A stretch of DNA of 64,000 nt from an uncultured Eubacteriales bacterium (GCA_900322215.1 ONYW01000001.1:30-64029), one strand, 5' to 3'; positions 8,759 to 17,990 are shown, numbered from the stretch's first letter. A program made the numbers and translations. Notes: generated from the sequence alone by a model not told the origin.

Positions 8759-10200
8759 TTGTTCTGTCTTATCACGCTCCTGAGAAGTTTTTCCTTGTCG
8801 AGTTGGATCTCGCTCTTAGGCTCCGGGACTGGTATTTGCGGGGCGGGCCTTGACATGACGAAGTAGCGCATTTCGTCGAGCGCGTGGTCGTCTACCTTTT
8901 TTGGTCTGTCGCCTGCGCCCCACCAATACGATTTGATTTCACGAATGAGATTTACGCAGTTTTTGAAGATGTAAAGTTTTGGCGGTTTTTGACAAAACAA
9001 GGACTTTACACGCTGAATACCCGTGTATAAATCCTTGTTTACGTTTGTATTCACAAGAATACCCTTTTCAGAAAACAACTCTGCCACGCTCTTTTCGGAG
9101 GACAAAGTGTGTTGATTTGCGGCGCTGTCTATGAGCGCGTAGAGCCTGCCCTTCGAGTCCTTCGGCCAGTCAAGGCGGTTGGCGATTTCAAAGATTTTCT
9201 CAACGTGATAGTCTATCGTTTTGCCTCCCGCAAAATGCTCGGCTATGACGTATATCGTGCCGTCGTAGTCAACGGCATAGAAGTGACAGGACGTAGGATT
9301 TGTGAGTCCCGGGTCAATTGAAATCATATTGTACCAGTCCTTTGGCACGGAGAAAGGCTCTATCACGTGGACGTTTGCGTCAAACTCCGGATATACAAGC
9401 CCCTCGCCCGAGAAGAACCTGCCGTACCTCCTCGACTTTTGCTCGTCCTCGGACATTACGCTCGTCATAAAATTCACTTCACGAGAATCGAGATAGGGGT
9501 TGTCCGCCCACTCCATATACTCGCACCACACCTCGTCCGAGCCTGATACGTTGAGTTCTATCTCGTCGTACACCCAGGTGAGTCCTTTGAGCGGAGTCAT
9601 AGTCCCGAAGATCTCGCCGCGTTTGTCAAAGACTCGCATTTTGCACTCGTCGTAGACGTCCTTTGGCGGTTCTTCGTCAAACCATACGAAGTCGAGCGAC
9701 GTGCCCTGAAACTTTTCCCTGCCCTGATCGCAGGACTTAAAGCCGATTTTTGAGATGCCTCCAAACGAATTGCGGACTGCGATATGGTCGATTATGCCAT
9801 ACTCGGGCGAAGACTTTTTGCCCTCTCGCATGACTATGTCGACTATATGTCTTTGAGGAAGGTATTTGAGGATTTTCGCCTGCGCCACATCGCGCTGTAC
9901 CTGCTGCGTGAGGCTCACAACCCACCCGAATACGTCGCGCCTGTTCTCCCTGTAGGGATGAATGCCGAGCGCAAGCCAAACGCTCTCCACCGCACCGCAC
10001 TCCGTCTTGCCCGAGCGGTTGCCTCCAAAAACCCAACGATTGCGCTTTTGACATTTGTGAAACGCCATTTGCTTTGCATGCACCAAGTCTTTGTTGTAGT
10101 TTTTGAGCGCGTCGGTCGCGCGGAGTCTTTGTTCCTTTTCGATATTCAACAACTTTTCAACGATTTCAAAATCTTTCATACCGAGATAATAACCCCGCAT
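8740..10200 (-). CDS. Phage terminase large subunit
   Basis: Walker A GGNRSGKTE, Walker B LDFVWFDEEP, and a C-terminal nuclease-like region (ISIDPG...). The start is uncertain: AUG at 10200 or 10179, and the track's 10290 start is a UUG. Confidence 0.85.
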   Translation of the reverse strand: MRGYYLGMKDFEIVEKLLNIEKEQRLRATDALKNYNKDLVHAKQMAFHKCQKRNRWVFGGNRSGKTECGAVESVWLALGIHPYRENRRDVFGWVVSLTQQVQRDVAQAKILKYLPQRHIVDIVMREGKKSSPEYGIIDHIAVRNSFGGISKIGFKSCDQGREKFQGTSLDFVWFDEEPPKDVYDECKMRVFDKRGEIFGTMTPLKGLTWVYDEIELNVSGSDEVWCEYMEWADNPYLDSREVNFMTSVMSEDEQKSRRYGRFFSGEGLVYPEFDANVHVIEPFSVPKDWYNMISIDPGLTNPTSCHFYAVDYDGTIYVIAEHFAGGKTIDYHVEKIFEIANRLDWPKDSKGRLYALIDSAANQHTLSSEKSVAELFSEKGILVNTNVNKDLYTGIQRVKSLFCQKPPKLYIFKNCVNLIREIKSYWWGAGDRPKKVDDHALDEMRYFVMSRPAPQIPVPEPKSEIQLDKEKLLRSVIRQNKWTSKL

Positions 10201-10313
10201 ATATTCGGATTTCAAAAAATTGTGCCAAATTTTTTCAGAGAAAAACAAAAAAATCTCGCCAATCTCAAATAAACACTTTTTTTTTGGCAAGGATTATAGT
10301 ATTATATATATGT

Positions 10314-11348
10314 ATGAGAAAGAATACGTTCAACAAAGTAGCAGCCATTTTGATTGTCGCAATCGCCATTGCCGTCATACTCCTGACGGCTTTGTCCATT
10401 TACGTTCCTGCCTTCACGGCATACGCGGAGGACGAGCAAACTGCGGAGACCATCACGACAAAGTGCATCAAAATCGCCCCTGCCGACCTTGAACACAGCG
10501 CATATTCTTCCCCGACGTCCATAGCCGTCAAGGATCTTGACACTGACGAAACGGTTTTTTATATTCCGGACAGTTATTATCTCACGGGAGTCGAATACAG
10601 GAAGATCGCAAGATTCAACTTCGAATACTACGCTTTTTCCTATGCGGGACTCGACACGAGCAAGTGGTATATCGACTATTCCGAAGCGTTGACGGTTGAG
10701 ACAGTCACGTTCACCGCGGACGAAACCCCCTTCCCCGACGTCCGTCTCACACTCATTGACACAGGCGAAACCGTCTATCTCGACAACGATACCGTGCTTA
10801 CAAACGAGTATACCATCAAGTTTATAGGCTTTAATCAAACGGGCGACGAGTTTTACGTCTCGGCGACAAAGGACGGCGTGACGAAATATGCCATGATCGG
10901 CAAGACGCTCTTCACCGACAGTTATATACCGTATCAAGCGCGCACGCAAGCGGCTCGAGAGCAACTGCTCAAAGAGATCGCCGCAACGCCAAAGGCGGGA
11001 GATATTGTGCCGAACACGTCAAAGACTCTTCGTATCATTTTGATAGTCGGTATATGCGTCCCCGCGGTGCTCATCGTCGTACTCCTGTTCAAACCGACGA
11101 AGGGCTCGCAAAAGCGTACGCTTGCCCGCGAACGCGGAAGAGACGAGTTTGACTATGACGAGCGCAGAGAATACCGTCGCGACCGCTATGACGACAGGCG
11201 CGACTACCGAGACGATAGACGAGACTACCGAGACGACAGGCGCGATGATAGGCGCGACTATCGCGATGACCGAAGAGATGATTACCGAGACGACAGGCGG
11301 GATTATCGTGACGAGAGAAGAGATGATTACCGCGACGATAGAAGATAA
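10314..11348 (+). CDS. Single-pass-anchored membrane protein with C-terminal Arg/Asp (RD) repeat tail
   Basis: N-terminal TM (AAILIVAIAIAVILL), a second TM near residue 270, then about 70 aa of DRRDYRDDRRD-type repeats. The AUG at 10314 is preferred over the UUG at 10284. Confidence 0.55.
   Translation: MRKNTFNKVAAILIVAIAIAVILLTALSIYVPAFTAYAEDEQTAETITTKCIKIAPADLEHSAYSSPTSIAVKDLDTDETVFYIPDSYYLTGVEYRKIARFNFEYYAFSYAGLDTSKWYIDYSEALTVETVTFTADETPFPDVRLTLIDTGETVYLDNDTVLTNEYTIKFIGFNQTGDEFYVSATKDGVTKYAMIGKTLFTDSYIPYQARTQAAREQLLKEIAATPKAGDIVPNTSKTLRIILIVGICVPAVLIVVLLFKPTKGSQKRTLARERGRDEFDYDERREYRRDRYDDRRDYRDDRRDYRDDRRDDRRDYRDDRRDDYRDDRRDYRDERRDDYRDDRR
11136..11345 (+). repeat. Coding low-complexity tandem repeat (RD/DYR repeats)
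   Basis: Iterated cgcgactaccgagacgac-like units encode the RDDRRDYRDD tail. Confidence 0.7.
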
Positions 11349-11363
11349 AAACGAGACAATAGA

Positions 11364-11391
11364 AAAAACGAGGCTGAATGCCTCGTTTTTT
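11364..11391 (+). terminator. Rho-independent terminator (A-tract before, U-tract after; possibly bidirectional)
   Basis: aaaaaACGAGGC-tgaa-uGCCUCGUuuuuu. Confidence 0.75.
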
Positions 11392-11451
11392 AGTGACGTT
11401 CCCTTCGGGAGTTATATTCCCTATGGGAGTGAATTGACACTACATGTCAAT

Positions 11452-12138
11452 TCACTCGCTCGCATTTATGCGAGCGACCTTTTCTCTCTTCACCACTCCG
11501 ACAACGACCGCAATAATCGAAAAAATCACGACAAGCCCGACGATAAAACCTGCGCATACGGCAAAAAATTCTTCCGGCAGGATGTTGATGATTTGCTCGG
11601 TTCTTTCATTGAATACCCAGTTCCCTTTGCCCGGGAAAAATACCGCGTGGAAGAGGTTGAACAGTTTGTCAAAATCTACAGCGGCAAAAATGCCGATAAT
11701 CGCCATAACAAGAAGCGTGAACATTCCGCCGTACGAGACGGAAGATATTCCCCACAGTTTTGCGGGGCGCAAAACATTTTTCTTGCGCAATATCAAAAAG
11801 ACAAGCAGGTATGCCCCGAGCACGCTCGCAAGAATCACTTGCAAATGGAAGAGCGGGACGCAGTCTTCAAAGTGCGCCTTTTCTTCCTCCGTCCATTTGA
11901 GACTGCCCGTCTTAAATTCCGCGCCTTCCCAAATAAAATTCATCACGTCGTCGTACGCCTCGACTATCGTCTCCCTGTCATATCCGCTCGTCTCCTCTAT
12001 GTGGAGCGGGGTTATGCACGCATAGTAGAACGGACGAAAGACTGCGGGAATGCTCGCCGCAAAGGAAATAAAAAAGAGCGGCGTTGCAAGAAACGCTATG
12101 ACTGACAGCAAAATATCAATCCATCTCGCCTTTTTCAT
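11452..12138 (-). CDS. TIGR01906/DUF1461-family integral membrane protein (Lit-like)
   Basis: About 228 aa from the AUG at 12138, which has an AGGAGG RBS. N-terminal TM, then FRPFYYACITPLHIEETSGY...IVEAYDDVMNFIW, typical of this family as I recall it. Confidence 0.55.
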   Translation of the reverse strand: MKKARWIDILLSVIAFLATPLFFISFAASIPAVFRPFYYACITPLHIEETSGYDRETIVEAYDDVMNFIWEGAEFKTGSLKWTEEEKAHFEDCVPLFHLQVILASVLGAYLLVFLILRKKNVLRPAKLWGISSVSYGGMFTLLVMAIIGIFAAVDFDKLFNLFHAVFFPGKGNWVFNERTEQIINILPEEFFAVCAGFIVGLVVIFSIIAVVVGVVKREKVARINASE

Positions 12139-12832
12139 AAATCCTCCTGTTTGACAGCGCAATCAGCACCTGAGACGGCGTGTAAAAGAGCCAAATAAGT
12201 TCGTTTGCCATACCGTTATATAGGTTGCTGAGTCCGACGCAAACGTCGCACCCGATAAAGAGCAAAAACCCGATAGATAGGACAATCGCCCTGCATTTTT
12301 CCGCTCTTCCCTTTGCCGTAAATATGGATATGACGCTCTCGGCAAAGTTTGCTACAAGTTGAACGAAATATATCGCGGCGAGGGCAAAAACAGCGCTCGC
12401 CTCTCCAACTGCGACGATGACTATTATTCCGACGACGGACAGCGTGATACGCGTGGCTATCGAGACGATAAGCCAAAGTTTTGTCCTATTTATTCTTGCA
12501 AAATAACACAGTTGCGCCCCAATAAACGTCACGAGACCGACTTCAAAAAACTCGACCTTTATGAGGAGCAAGAGGTCGGACACAAGCGTCAACGTAAGTC
12601 CGAGCGCAAGGAGCATTCCGTCCGTCACGCCCTTCCCGTCTTCAACCGCGACGATTATAAACCAAATCATCGCAAACAAAAACGCCAGGCAAACTGTTGC
12701 GTATTTTATATATGCGTTTTCACCGACGACCGCGTCTCCGAAGTCCTCGGCGATGAACATGGCGTAGAGTACGATCTCGACAGCCACAAACGCGCATATT
12801 CCGATATATTTTGCAAGACTTGCTCTTTTCAT
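12116..12832 (-). CDS. Multi-pass membrane protein, YhhN (lysoplasmalogenase)-like
   Basis: About 238 aa from the AUG at 12832, with 7-8 predicted TM segments. The family call is tentative, and the longer N-terminus in the track looks non-coding. Confidence 0.4.
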   Translation of the reverse strand: MKRASLAKYIGICAFVAVEIVLYAMFIAEDFGDAVVGENAYIKYATVCLAFLFAMIWFIIVAVEDGKGVTDGMLLALGLTLTLVSDLLLLIKVEFFEVGLVTFIGAQLCYFARINRTKLWLIVSIATRITLSVVGIIVIVAVGEASAVFALAAIYFVQLVANFAESVISIFTAKGRAEKCRAIVLSIGFLLFIGCDVCVGLSNLYNGMANELIWLFYTPSQVLIALSNRRIYEKGEMD

Positions 12833-12884
12833 TCTAAAAAATTGCGACTGTGCACCCACTCGAATGCAAAAATACGTATTTTGC

Positions 12885-12914
12885 AAAAAACGACCGAAGT
12901 ATGGTCGTTTTTTT
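12885..12914 (-). terminator. Rho-independent terminator after the 502-aa membrane protein gene
   Basis: Minus strand reads AAACGACC-auacuuc-GGUCGUUUUUUG. An A-tract on the other side makes it potentially bidirectional. Confidence 0.7.
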
Positions 12915-12915
12915 G

Positions 12916-14424
12916 TTATTTCATCAGTCCGTCGATGATTTGCGGAAGTCTCAAAATGAATTGATACGCGCCTTCCACATAGCAAACCGCAAATATCATG
13001 ATACCGACGAGCGGGATTATGATATCGACGTTTGAAGATGACGGCTTGTGCACGCGCGTGTATGAGAACAACATGATAAACGGGACGACGAGGAGAAGTG
13101 AGACGGATCTTCCGAAGCCCATATTCTGCGCTATCACCATTCCGTCTCGAACGATCGTATCGTCCTCTCCGATGACCGTGAGCGAAAGACCTATGACAAA
13201 ATAAAGTATGAGGTCAAGGAGTGCGGCGACTATCATAAAGATACTTGCGGAAATCGAGAAGTGCAAGGAGTTTGTATTTGTTTTGAGGAACATGCTGTAT
13301 TCTTCTCTCGTCTTTCCGCGCCGTAAGAACATAAGTTCCCTGTTCTTGACAAATATTGAAAGCCCGATAAACACAAGGAAGGTGATAGGCGGTTTTGTCG
13401 TGAGGAAAGGCATGACGTAGAGGGGCAAATCGAATCCCGGCAAAGTCACGCAAAGCACTTTGAGAACAAACGAAGCGATCTCATACAAGAGCGGGAACAC
13501 GACGAAAGACCTGAATATCGCAAGTTTTTTGCCGACGAACCGCTTTGTCGGCGTATAGTTGATAAAATACGTGACGAGCGTACACATAAGCAAGTCGACG
13601 AAGATGTTAAATGCAAAGTATCCGCTTGGCGAGAAGGATTTGAACAATACGTTGAACGCCTGTTGCGGAGTTTCGCCCGCCTCTTTGTCCACCAGCATAT
13701 CCATTATTCCCAAAAGGTAACGCTGGTAGATGAGCATAAACAGCGAGAAGATCATAAGCGCCATAAAGGCATACGCCACGATAAGTCGCTGGTAGCCGTT
13801 CTTTGCGTTGATGATAATCGCAAAGTTTGCCATAAGGAAAAGCGGGACTGACATCGTGCCCATGATTTGGAAGAATGCGATGAGTCCGCTGAACTTCGCG
13901 ATTTTTGCGTCCACTCTTGCTCCGAGAGTCATAATGATGGCGATCTGAGCAAACGCGATAGCAGCCCAGGCGAAGATCCTGAGCCATCTATAAGAGAATG
14001 GTCCGCGGTACTTTATGTCGTTTTCAAAGGTGATGTCGCTGATTCTTCTTCTCTTCTTTTTCTTGCCGTTTTTACCGCCTTTCTTGCCGTCTTCGATGTC
14101 TAACCGAGCGTCGAGATCGTCGCCGTTTCGAGCAGCCTCGTCATTTTCGTCACGGGAGATTTCACCGCTCTCTGCGTTCTCGGCGGCTTCCGCACTTAAG
14201 TCCTCGTCCGCACTATTCGCGTCAGCACCTTCAAGCGTGTTTTCACGCTCGTCAAAGGCGTTTGAAATGCCGATCTCCTCGCTGTCCTTAGAGCCTTCCG
14301 CACCGTCAGAGTCCGTCATTTCTTCGAGTCTCAAATCCTCGGGACTTTGTGAAAACTCGTCAAGAGGTTTCGTCTCTTCGATGGACTCGTTGGCGTTTTT
14401 TTCTTCAAACACTTTATCCGTCAT
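12916..14424 (-). CDS. Multi-pass membrane protein with acidic disordered N-terminus (unknown function)
   Basis: 502 aa. The first ~130 aa are D/E-rich and followed by a KKGGKNGKKKKRRR patch and about 9 TM helices. Confidence 0.6.
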   Translation of the reverse strand: MTDKVFEEKNANESIEETKPLDEFSQSPEDLRLEEMTDSDGAEGSKDSEEIGISNAFDERENTLEGADANSADEDLSAEAAENAESGEISRDENDEAARNGDDLDARLDIEDGKKGGKNGKKKKRRRISDITFENDIKYRGPFSYRWLRIFAWAAIAFAQIAIIMTLGARVDAKIAKFSGLIAFFQIMGTMSVPLFLMANFAIIINAKNGYQRLIVAYAFMALMIFSLFMLIYQRYLLGIMDMLVDKEAGETPQQAFNVLFKSFSPSGYFAFNIFVDLLMCTLVTYFINYTPTKRFVGKKLAIFRSFVVFPLLYEIASFVLKVLCVTLPGFDLPLYVMPFLTTKPPITFLVFIGLSIFVKNRELMFLRRGKTREEYSMFLKTNTNSLHFSISASIFMIVAALLDLILYFVIGLSLTVIGEDDTIVRDGMVIAQNMGFGRSVSLLLVVPFIMLFSYTRVHKPSSSNVDIIIPLVGIMIFAVCYVEGAYQFILRLPQIIDGLMK

Positions 14425-14425
14425 T

Positions 14426-14782
14426 TTATTCTCCGTCCTCTTCTTCCTCTTCCGCTTGTGCAGGGTTCTCGTTTGCGAGTCCTACGACGTTGTCGACAGG
14501 CAAGGCAAACGCTATACCCTGACCCGGCGTTTCGAGCCCGACCTTTCTGTATAGCGCATGCAAAAGGTCTTCCTTGATCTTGTCGGGAACAAGGATCATA
14601 ACCATCTCTTTTTCAGGTTGGATAAAGATTTTGAAAAAAGCCTCGGCTTCCTTGTTTGCCGTACCCTTTGCGTTGATGACGGTTCCTCCGCGTGCGCCGA
14701 CTTCGCGCGCCGCGTCCATAACAGCCTCGGAAAAACCGCTGTTTACGATACAAACCACGAGTTCATACTCAAACTTTTTCAT
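14426..14782 (-). CDS. P-II-family (nitrogen regulator-like) signal protein
   Basis: 118 aa. The YELVVCIVNSGFSEAVMDAAREVGARGGTVINAKG pattern is typical of the P-II-like proteins that accompany DUF1538 genes. Confidence 0.65.
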   Translation of the reverse strand: MKKFEYELVVCIVNSGFSEAVMDAAREVGARGGTVINAKGTANKEAEAFFKIFIQPEKEMVMILVPDKIKEDLLHALYRKVGLETPGQGIAFALPVDNVVGLANENPAQAEEEEEDGE

Positions 14783-15207
14783 TTTTTATCCTCCTTCGCT
14801 GCGCGCTCGTTGTTGGACAAAAATCCGTACACCGCAACGCCGATGAGACTTGACATAGGGATCGTATAGGCGATGCCCTTTCCGTTTCTTATAGTTCTGA
14901 ATTTGCGCTCTATGCTTGCGAGCGCGTCTTGGATTTTCTCCTGCTTGATAACGCTGAAAATCACCGTCTTTTGCGACTCTTGCAACCCGAGAAGGTTGAG
15001 CATCTCCGCGTTTGCCGTGCCCTCGGCGCGAACAAGCATTTGCATATTCACGTCAAACGACTGAATGAGATCGGCAAAAAACTCCGCCTTTTGCCTGTCA
15101 ACGATAGTGATAAGCAGTTCCAAGCGGTTGCTCGTGACCTTTTGCGTGGTCTTTTGTGCGGACTTCTGTTGCGAAGATTTTTTCTTTTTGCTCTTTTCTT
15201 CTGCCAT
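14779..15207 (-). CDS. P-II-family-like protein (second copy, K-rich N-terminus)
   Basis: About 142 aa from the AUG at 15207. LELLITIVDRQKAEFFADLIQSF...VRAEGTAN parallels the neighbouring P-II-like protein. Confidence 0.55.
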   Translation of the reverse strand: MAEEKSKKKKSSQQKSAQKTTQKVTSNRLELLITIVDRQKAEFFADLIQSFDVNMQMLVRAEGTANAEMLNLLGLQESQKTVIFSVIKQEKIQDALASIERKFRTIRNGKGIAYTIPMSSLIGVAVYGFLSNNERAAKEDKK

Positions 15208-15214
15208 AAGCACC

Positions 15215-16786
15215 TCACATAAAGTCGATGATTTGTTCATCGTCCGCGCCAAGGAGTCTAGACATAACCGCACGCTCTTTGACCTTTCTTGCCGCTATTG
15301 CTCTAAAACCTAAAATTTGTATCGTGATGAGCGGAGTCATCGCAACCATAGCGACGATACCGAACGCCGATTCAAGCACCTTTGCCTCTCCGTGCAAACT
15401 CACGCACACGCCTATTGCAAACGGCAAGATAAAACTTGACGTAAGCGGGCCCGAGGCGACTCCGCCCGAGTCGAACGCGATAGCGGTGTAAATCTTAGGC
15501 ACGACGAGAGTGAGTCCGAGCGAGATGATATAGCCCGGTATCAAATAATAGAGTATTGAAAAATCGAATATGATTCTTATGACGGAAAGCCCTATTGAAA
15601 GTCCTACGCCGAGCGAGAGCGCGATGAGCATAGAACGCTTTGAAATAGCCCCTTCCGTGATGTCTTCGACCTGCTTGTTGAGTATATGCACGGCAGGCTC
15701 GGCAAGAACGACTATCATGCCGATGACAAACGCGAATATAACGACTGCGGCGTTTGAATACTCCGCCATTTGCTTGCCGAGTTTGAAGCCTATCGGCACA
15801 AATCCGACCTTGACCGCCGTAAGGAAAATTATCATACCCACAAACGTGTACACGATGCCGACGAAGATTTGAGTGAGTTTCCTCATCGGGAGTTTCAAAA
15901 CCGTAAACTGCAAAATAAGGAAGAATGCGATGATGAGTCCGAGCGCAAGGGCGACCTCTCCGACCGTCGAGCCGAGAGTCTTCCAAAAGTTTGCGCCGAG
16001 ATTTGCGTCTATCGAATAGTCAGGAAGCGTATACGAGAGCGTACCCTTTGTAAACAGCGACAAAATGAGCACCGCAAGCACAGGGCCGACAGAGCAAAGC
16101 GCAATGAGACCGAAACTGTTCTCGTTTGCGTTCTTACCGCCGATAGTCAGCGCGACGCCTACGCCGAGCGCCATGATAAACGGCACGGTGATAGGACCTG
16201 TCGTGACTCCGCCGGAGTCAAACGCAAGCGGCAAGAAACTGCTCTTGCCCGTCTGAATAAGCACCGCCGCCAAAGCAAACAGCACCATATAGAAGAATAC
16301 GAGGAACTGAGAAAGATCCTTTTTGAAGACGATTTTTATGATAGACAGCACCAAAAACAGCGCGACGCCTACGCCAACAACCGCGATGAGCAAAATGTTG
16401 TTCACGGGGACTTGGCTTGCAAGCACGCTGAGATCAGGCTCCGCAACCGTTATGAGCACGCCCATAACGAAGCATACGATGAGCAGGACGGAGAGTTTTC
16501 TCGACTTTGTGAGTCCGGCGCCGACCATCTCGCCCATAGGAGTCATAGCCATATCCGCGCCGAGGTTGAAAAGCCCGATGCCGAAGATAAGGAACAACGC
16601 GGACAATACGAAAGTGATCATCTCTTTCATAGAGAATTCCGTAATCGGCGTTACCCCCAAAATGAGGAAAATGAGTACGATTGGCAAAACGCTCGTTATA
16701 GCGTCCTTGAACTTTGACATCAAGGATTTCGCCATCGGTGCGAGGAACTCGTTCATTTTTGTTTGTTTTGCCATATTCTCTTTCAT
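15215..16786 (-). CDS. DUF1538-family membrane protein
   Basis: 523 aa, two-fold repeated multi-TM architecture, with FDSGGVTTGPITVPF and FDSGGVASGPLTSSF repeat motifs. Confidence 0.75.
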   Translation of the reverse strand: MKENMAKQTKMNEFLAPMAKSLMSKFKDAITSVLPIVLIFLILGVTPITEFSMKEMITFVLSALFLIFGIGLFNLGADMAMTPMGEMVGAGLTKSRKLSVLLIVCFVMGVLITVAEPDLSVLASQVPVNNILLIAVVGVGVALFLVLSIIKIVFKKDLSQFLVFFYMVLFALAAVLIQTGKSSFLPLAFDSGGVTTGPITVPFIMALGVGVALTIGGKNANENSFGLIALCSVGPVLAVLILSLFTKGTLSYTLPDYSIDANLGANFWKTLGSTVGEVALALGLIIAFFLILQFTVLKLPMRKLTQIFVGIVYTFVGMIIFLTAVKVGFVPIGFKLGKQMAEYSNAAVVIFAFVIGMIVVLAEPAVHILNKQVEDITEGAISKRSMLIALSLGVGLSIGLSVIRIIFDFSILYYLIPGYIISLGLTLVVPKIYTAIAFDSGGVASGPLTSSFILPFAIGVCVSLHGEAKVLESAFGIVAMVAMTPLITIQILGFRAIAARKVKERAVMSRLLGADDEQIIDFM

Positions 16787-17027
16787 TTATATACCTTACT
16801 TATAGTATCTAAAATATATTACAGTTTAGTATCGCATAATCTAAAAAATCTGTCAAGGCGGTGAAAAGAATAAAAAAATATATTTAATATATTTTTGCGT
16901 TTCTCTTCCTTCGAAATCCGACAAAAACGTAAAAAGTGACAAAAAATATACTCAACATCTCAAATTTGCTTGACATTTTGCTCAACAAATTTTACTTTGT
17001 TGTCATACACGCTAAAAGTAGGCATAT

Positions 17028-17990
17028 ATGGGCAAACTTACATTTTCAAAAGATAAGGCAAAACACTACACTTTGTACTACACGTTCCTCGTCGTCCTGG
17101 CATTTTTAAGGGCATTAGTCGCATACGTCTTTATAATATCCAACGGCTTTGCGCCGGGTGGCGTCGGCGGTATTTCGTCCATTTTGTACAATGCTGTTCT
17201 CCCATCGAATCCCGAACTTGCGGCAACAGTATTCGATCCGGGTGTTACGACCATTATCATGAATATTCCTTTGCTTGTCATTGCGTTTATATTCCTAAAC
17301 AAGCGATTTGCCTTCAACACTATGCTCGTCGTTGCCGTGTATTCGAGTTCTATGTATATGTTCGGTGCGTTGAATTTTCCGAAATACCTCGCGACCGACA
17401 ACGGTTTGCTTCTCATATCCGCGCTCGCAGGCGGCGTCATAAACGGCGTTATCTTCGGTCTTATGCTCAGAAACAACATGTCCATGGGCGGCACCGATAT
17501 CATCGGCAAACTCATCTACAAACACAACCCGGGCATGGAGACGCATTGGATTATCTTCGGGCTCGACTTTGTCATCGCTATCGCGTCAGGTACGCTCGGT
17601 ATCTTAAAACTCGAAAAGGGCATCGGTGCGTCCGAAGGGTTGACGCTTGTGTTCACACCTATCATTTTCTCTATCATCACGATGCTCGTTCAGTCGCAAA
17701 TAGCGGATCAAATCACGGCAGGTTTGCAGTCCTCCATCGTCTTCAACATCGTGTCCGACAAGCCGGAAGAAATCGCAAAGGAACTTACCACAAAACTCCA
17801 CCGCGGCGTCACCATCTCGCACGGTATCGGCTACTACACAGGCAAGGAACACGAAGTCCTCACCTGCGTTACTTCAAAACGTCAAATCAACAAGGTCAAA
17901 GACATCATCGCCGAGACGGATCCGAGCGCATTCACCTTCATCACCAAGGCGCACGAAGTCCGTGGCAACGGTTTCCGTCGCTTCGACTGA
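17028..17990 (+). CDS. YitT-family membrane protein (C-terminal DUF2179)
   Basis: 320 aa. GGVGGISSILY and GGTDIIGKLI motifs, with a C-terminal soluble domain (VTISHGIGYYTGKEHEVLTCV...EVRGNGF). Confidence 0.8.
   Translation: MGKLTFSKDKAKHYTLYYTFLVVLAFLRALVAYVFIISNGFAPGGVGGISSILYNAVLPSNPELAATVFDPGVTTIIMNIPLLVIAFIFLNKRFAFNTMLVVAVYSSSMYMFGALNFPKYLATDNGLLLISALAGGVINGVIFGLMLRNNMSMGGTDIIGKLIYKHNPGMETHWIIFGLDFVIAIASGTLGILKLEKGIGASEGLTLVFTPIIFSIITMLVQSQIADQITAGLQSSIVFNIVSDKPEEIAKELTTKLHRGVTISHGIGYYTGKEHEVLTCVTSKRQINKVKDIIAETDPSAFTFITKAHEVRGNGFRRFD

Larger units (their letters stand above)
768..10200 (-). mobile_element. Phage-derived packaging/capsid cassette (ten co-oriented genes; no integrase, lysis or replication genes)
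   Basis: TerL, TerS-like, portal, scaffold, MCP and five further small or structural ORFs have overlapping or abutting stops and starts and end in one terminator. The cassette is flanked by mnmM on the left and membrane-protein genes on the right. Confidence 0.75.

Noticed and set aside
768-10200. Interpretation as an intact, inducible prophage.
   Set aside because: Within the window there is no integrase, repressor/antirepressor, replication, tail-fibre or lysis module and no recognisable att repeats. Host genes flank the cassette immediately on both sides.
11136-11345. Tandem DNA repeat considered as a CRISPR-like or satellite array.
   Set aside because: The units are short, imperfect, have no unique spacers, and are in-frame within a CDS (the RD-repeat tail). 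No CRISPR array exists anywhere in the window.
16872-16896. AT-only palindrome AAAAATATAT-TTA-ATATATTTTT in the DUF1538/yitT divergent promoter region.
   Set aside because: Pure A/T low-complexity sequence in a promoter region. Palindromy of this kind is expected by composition and cannot be called an operator from sequence alone.
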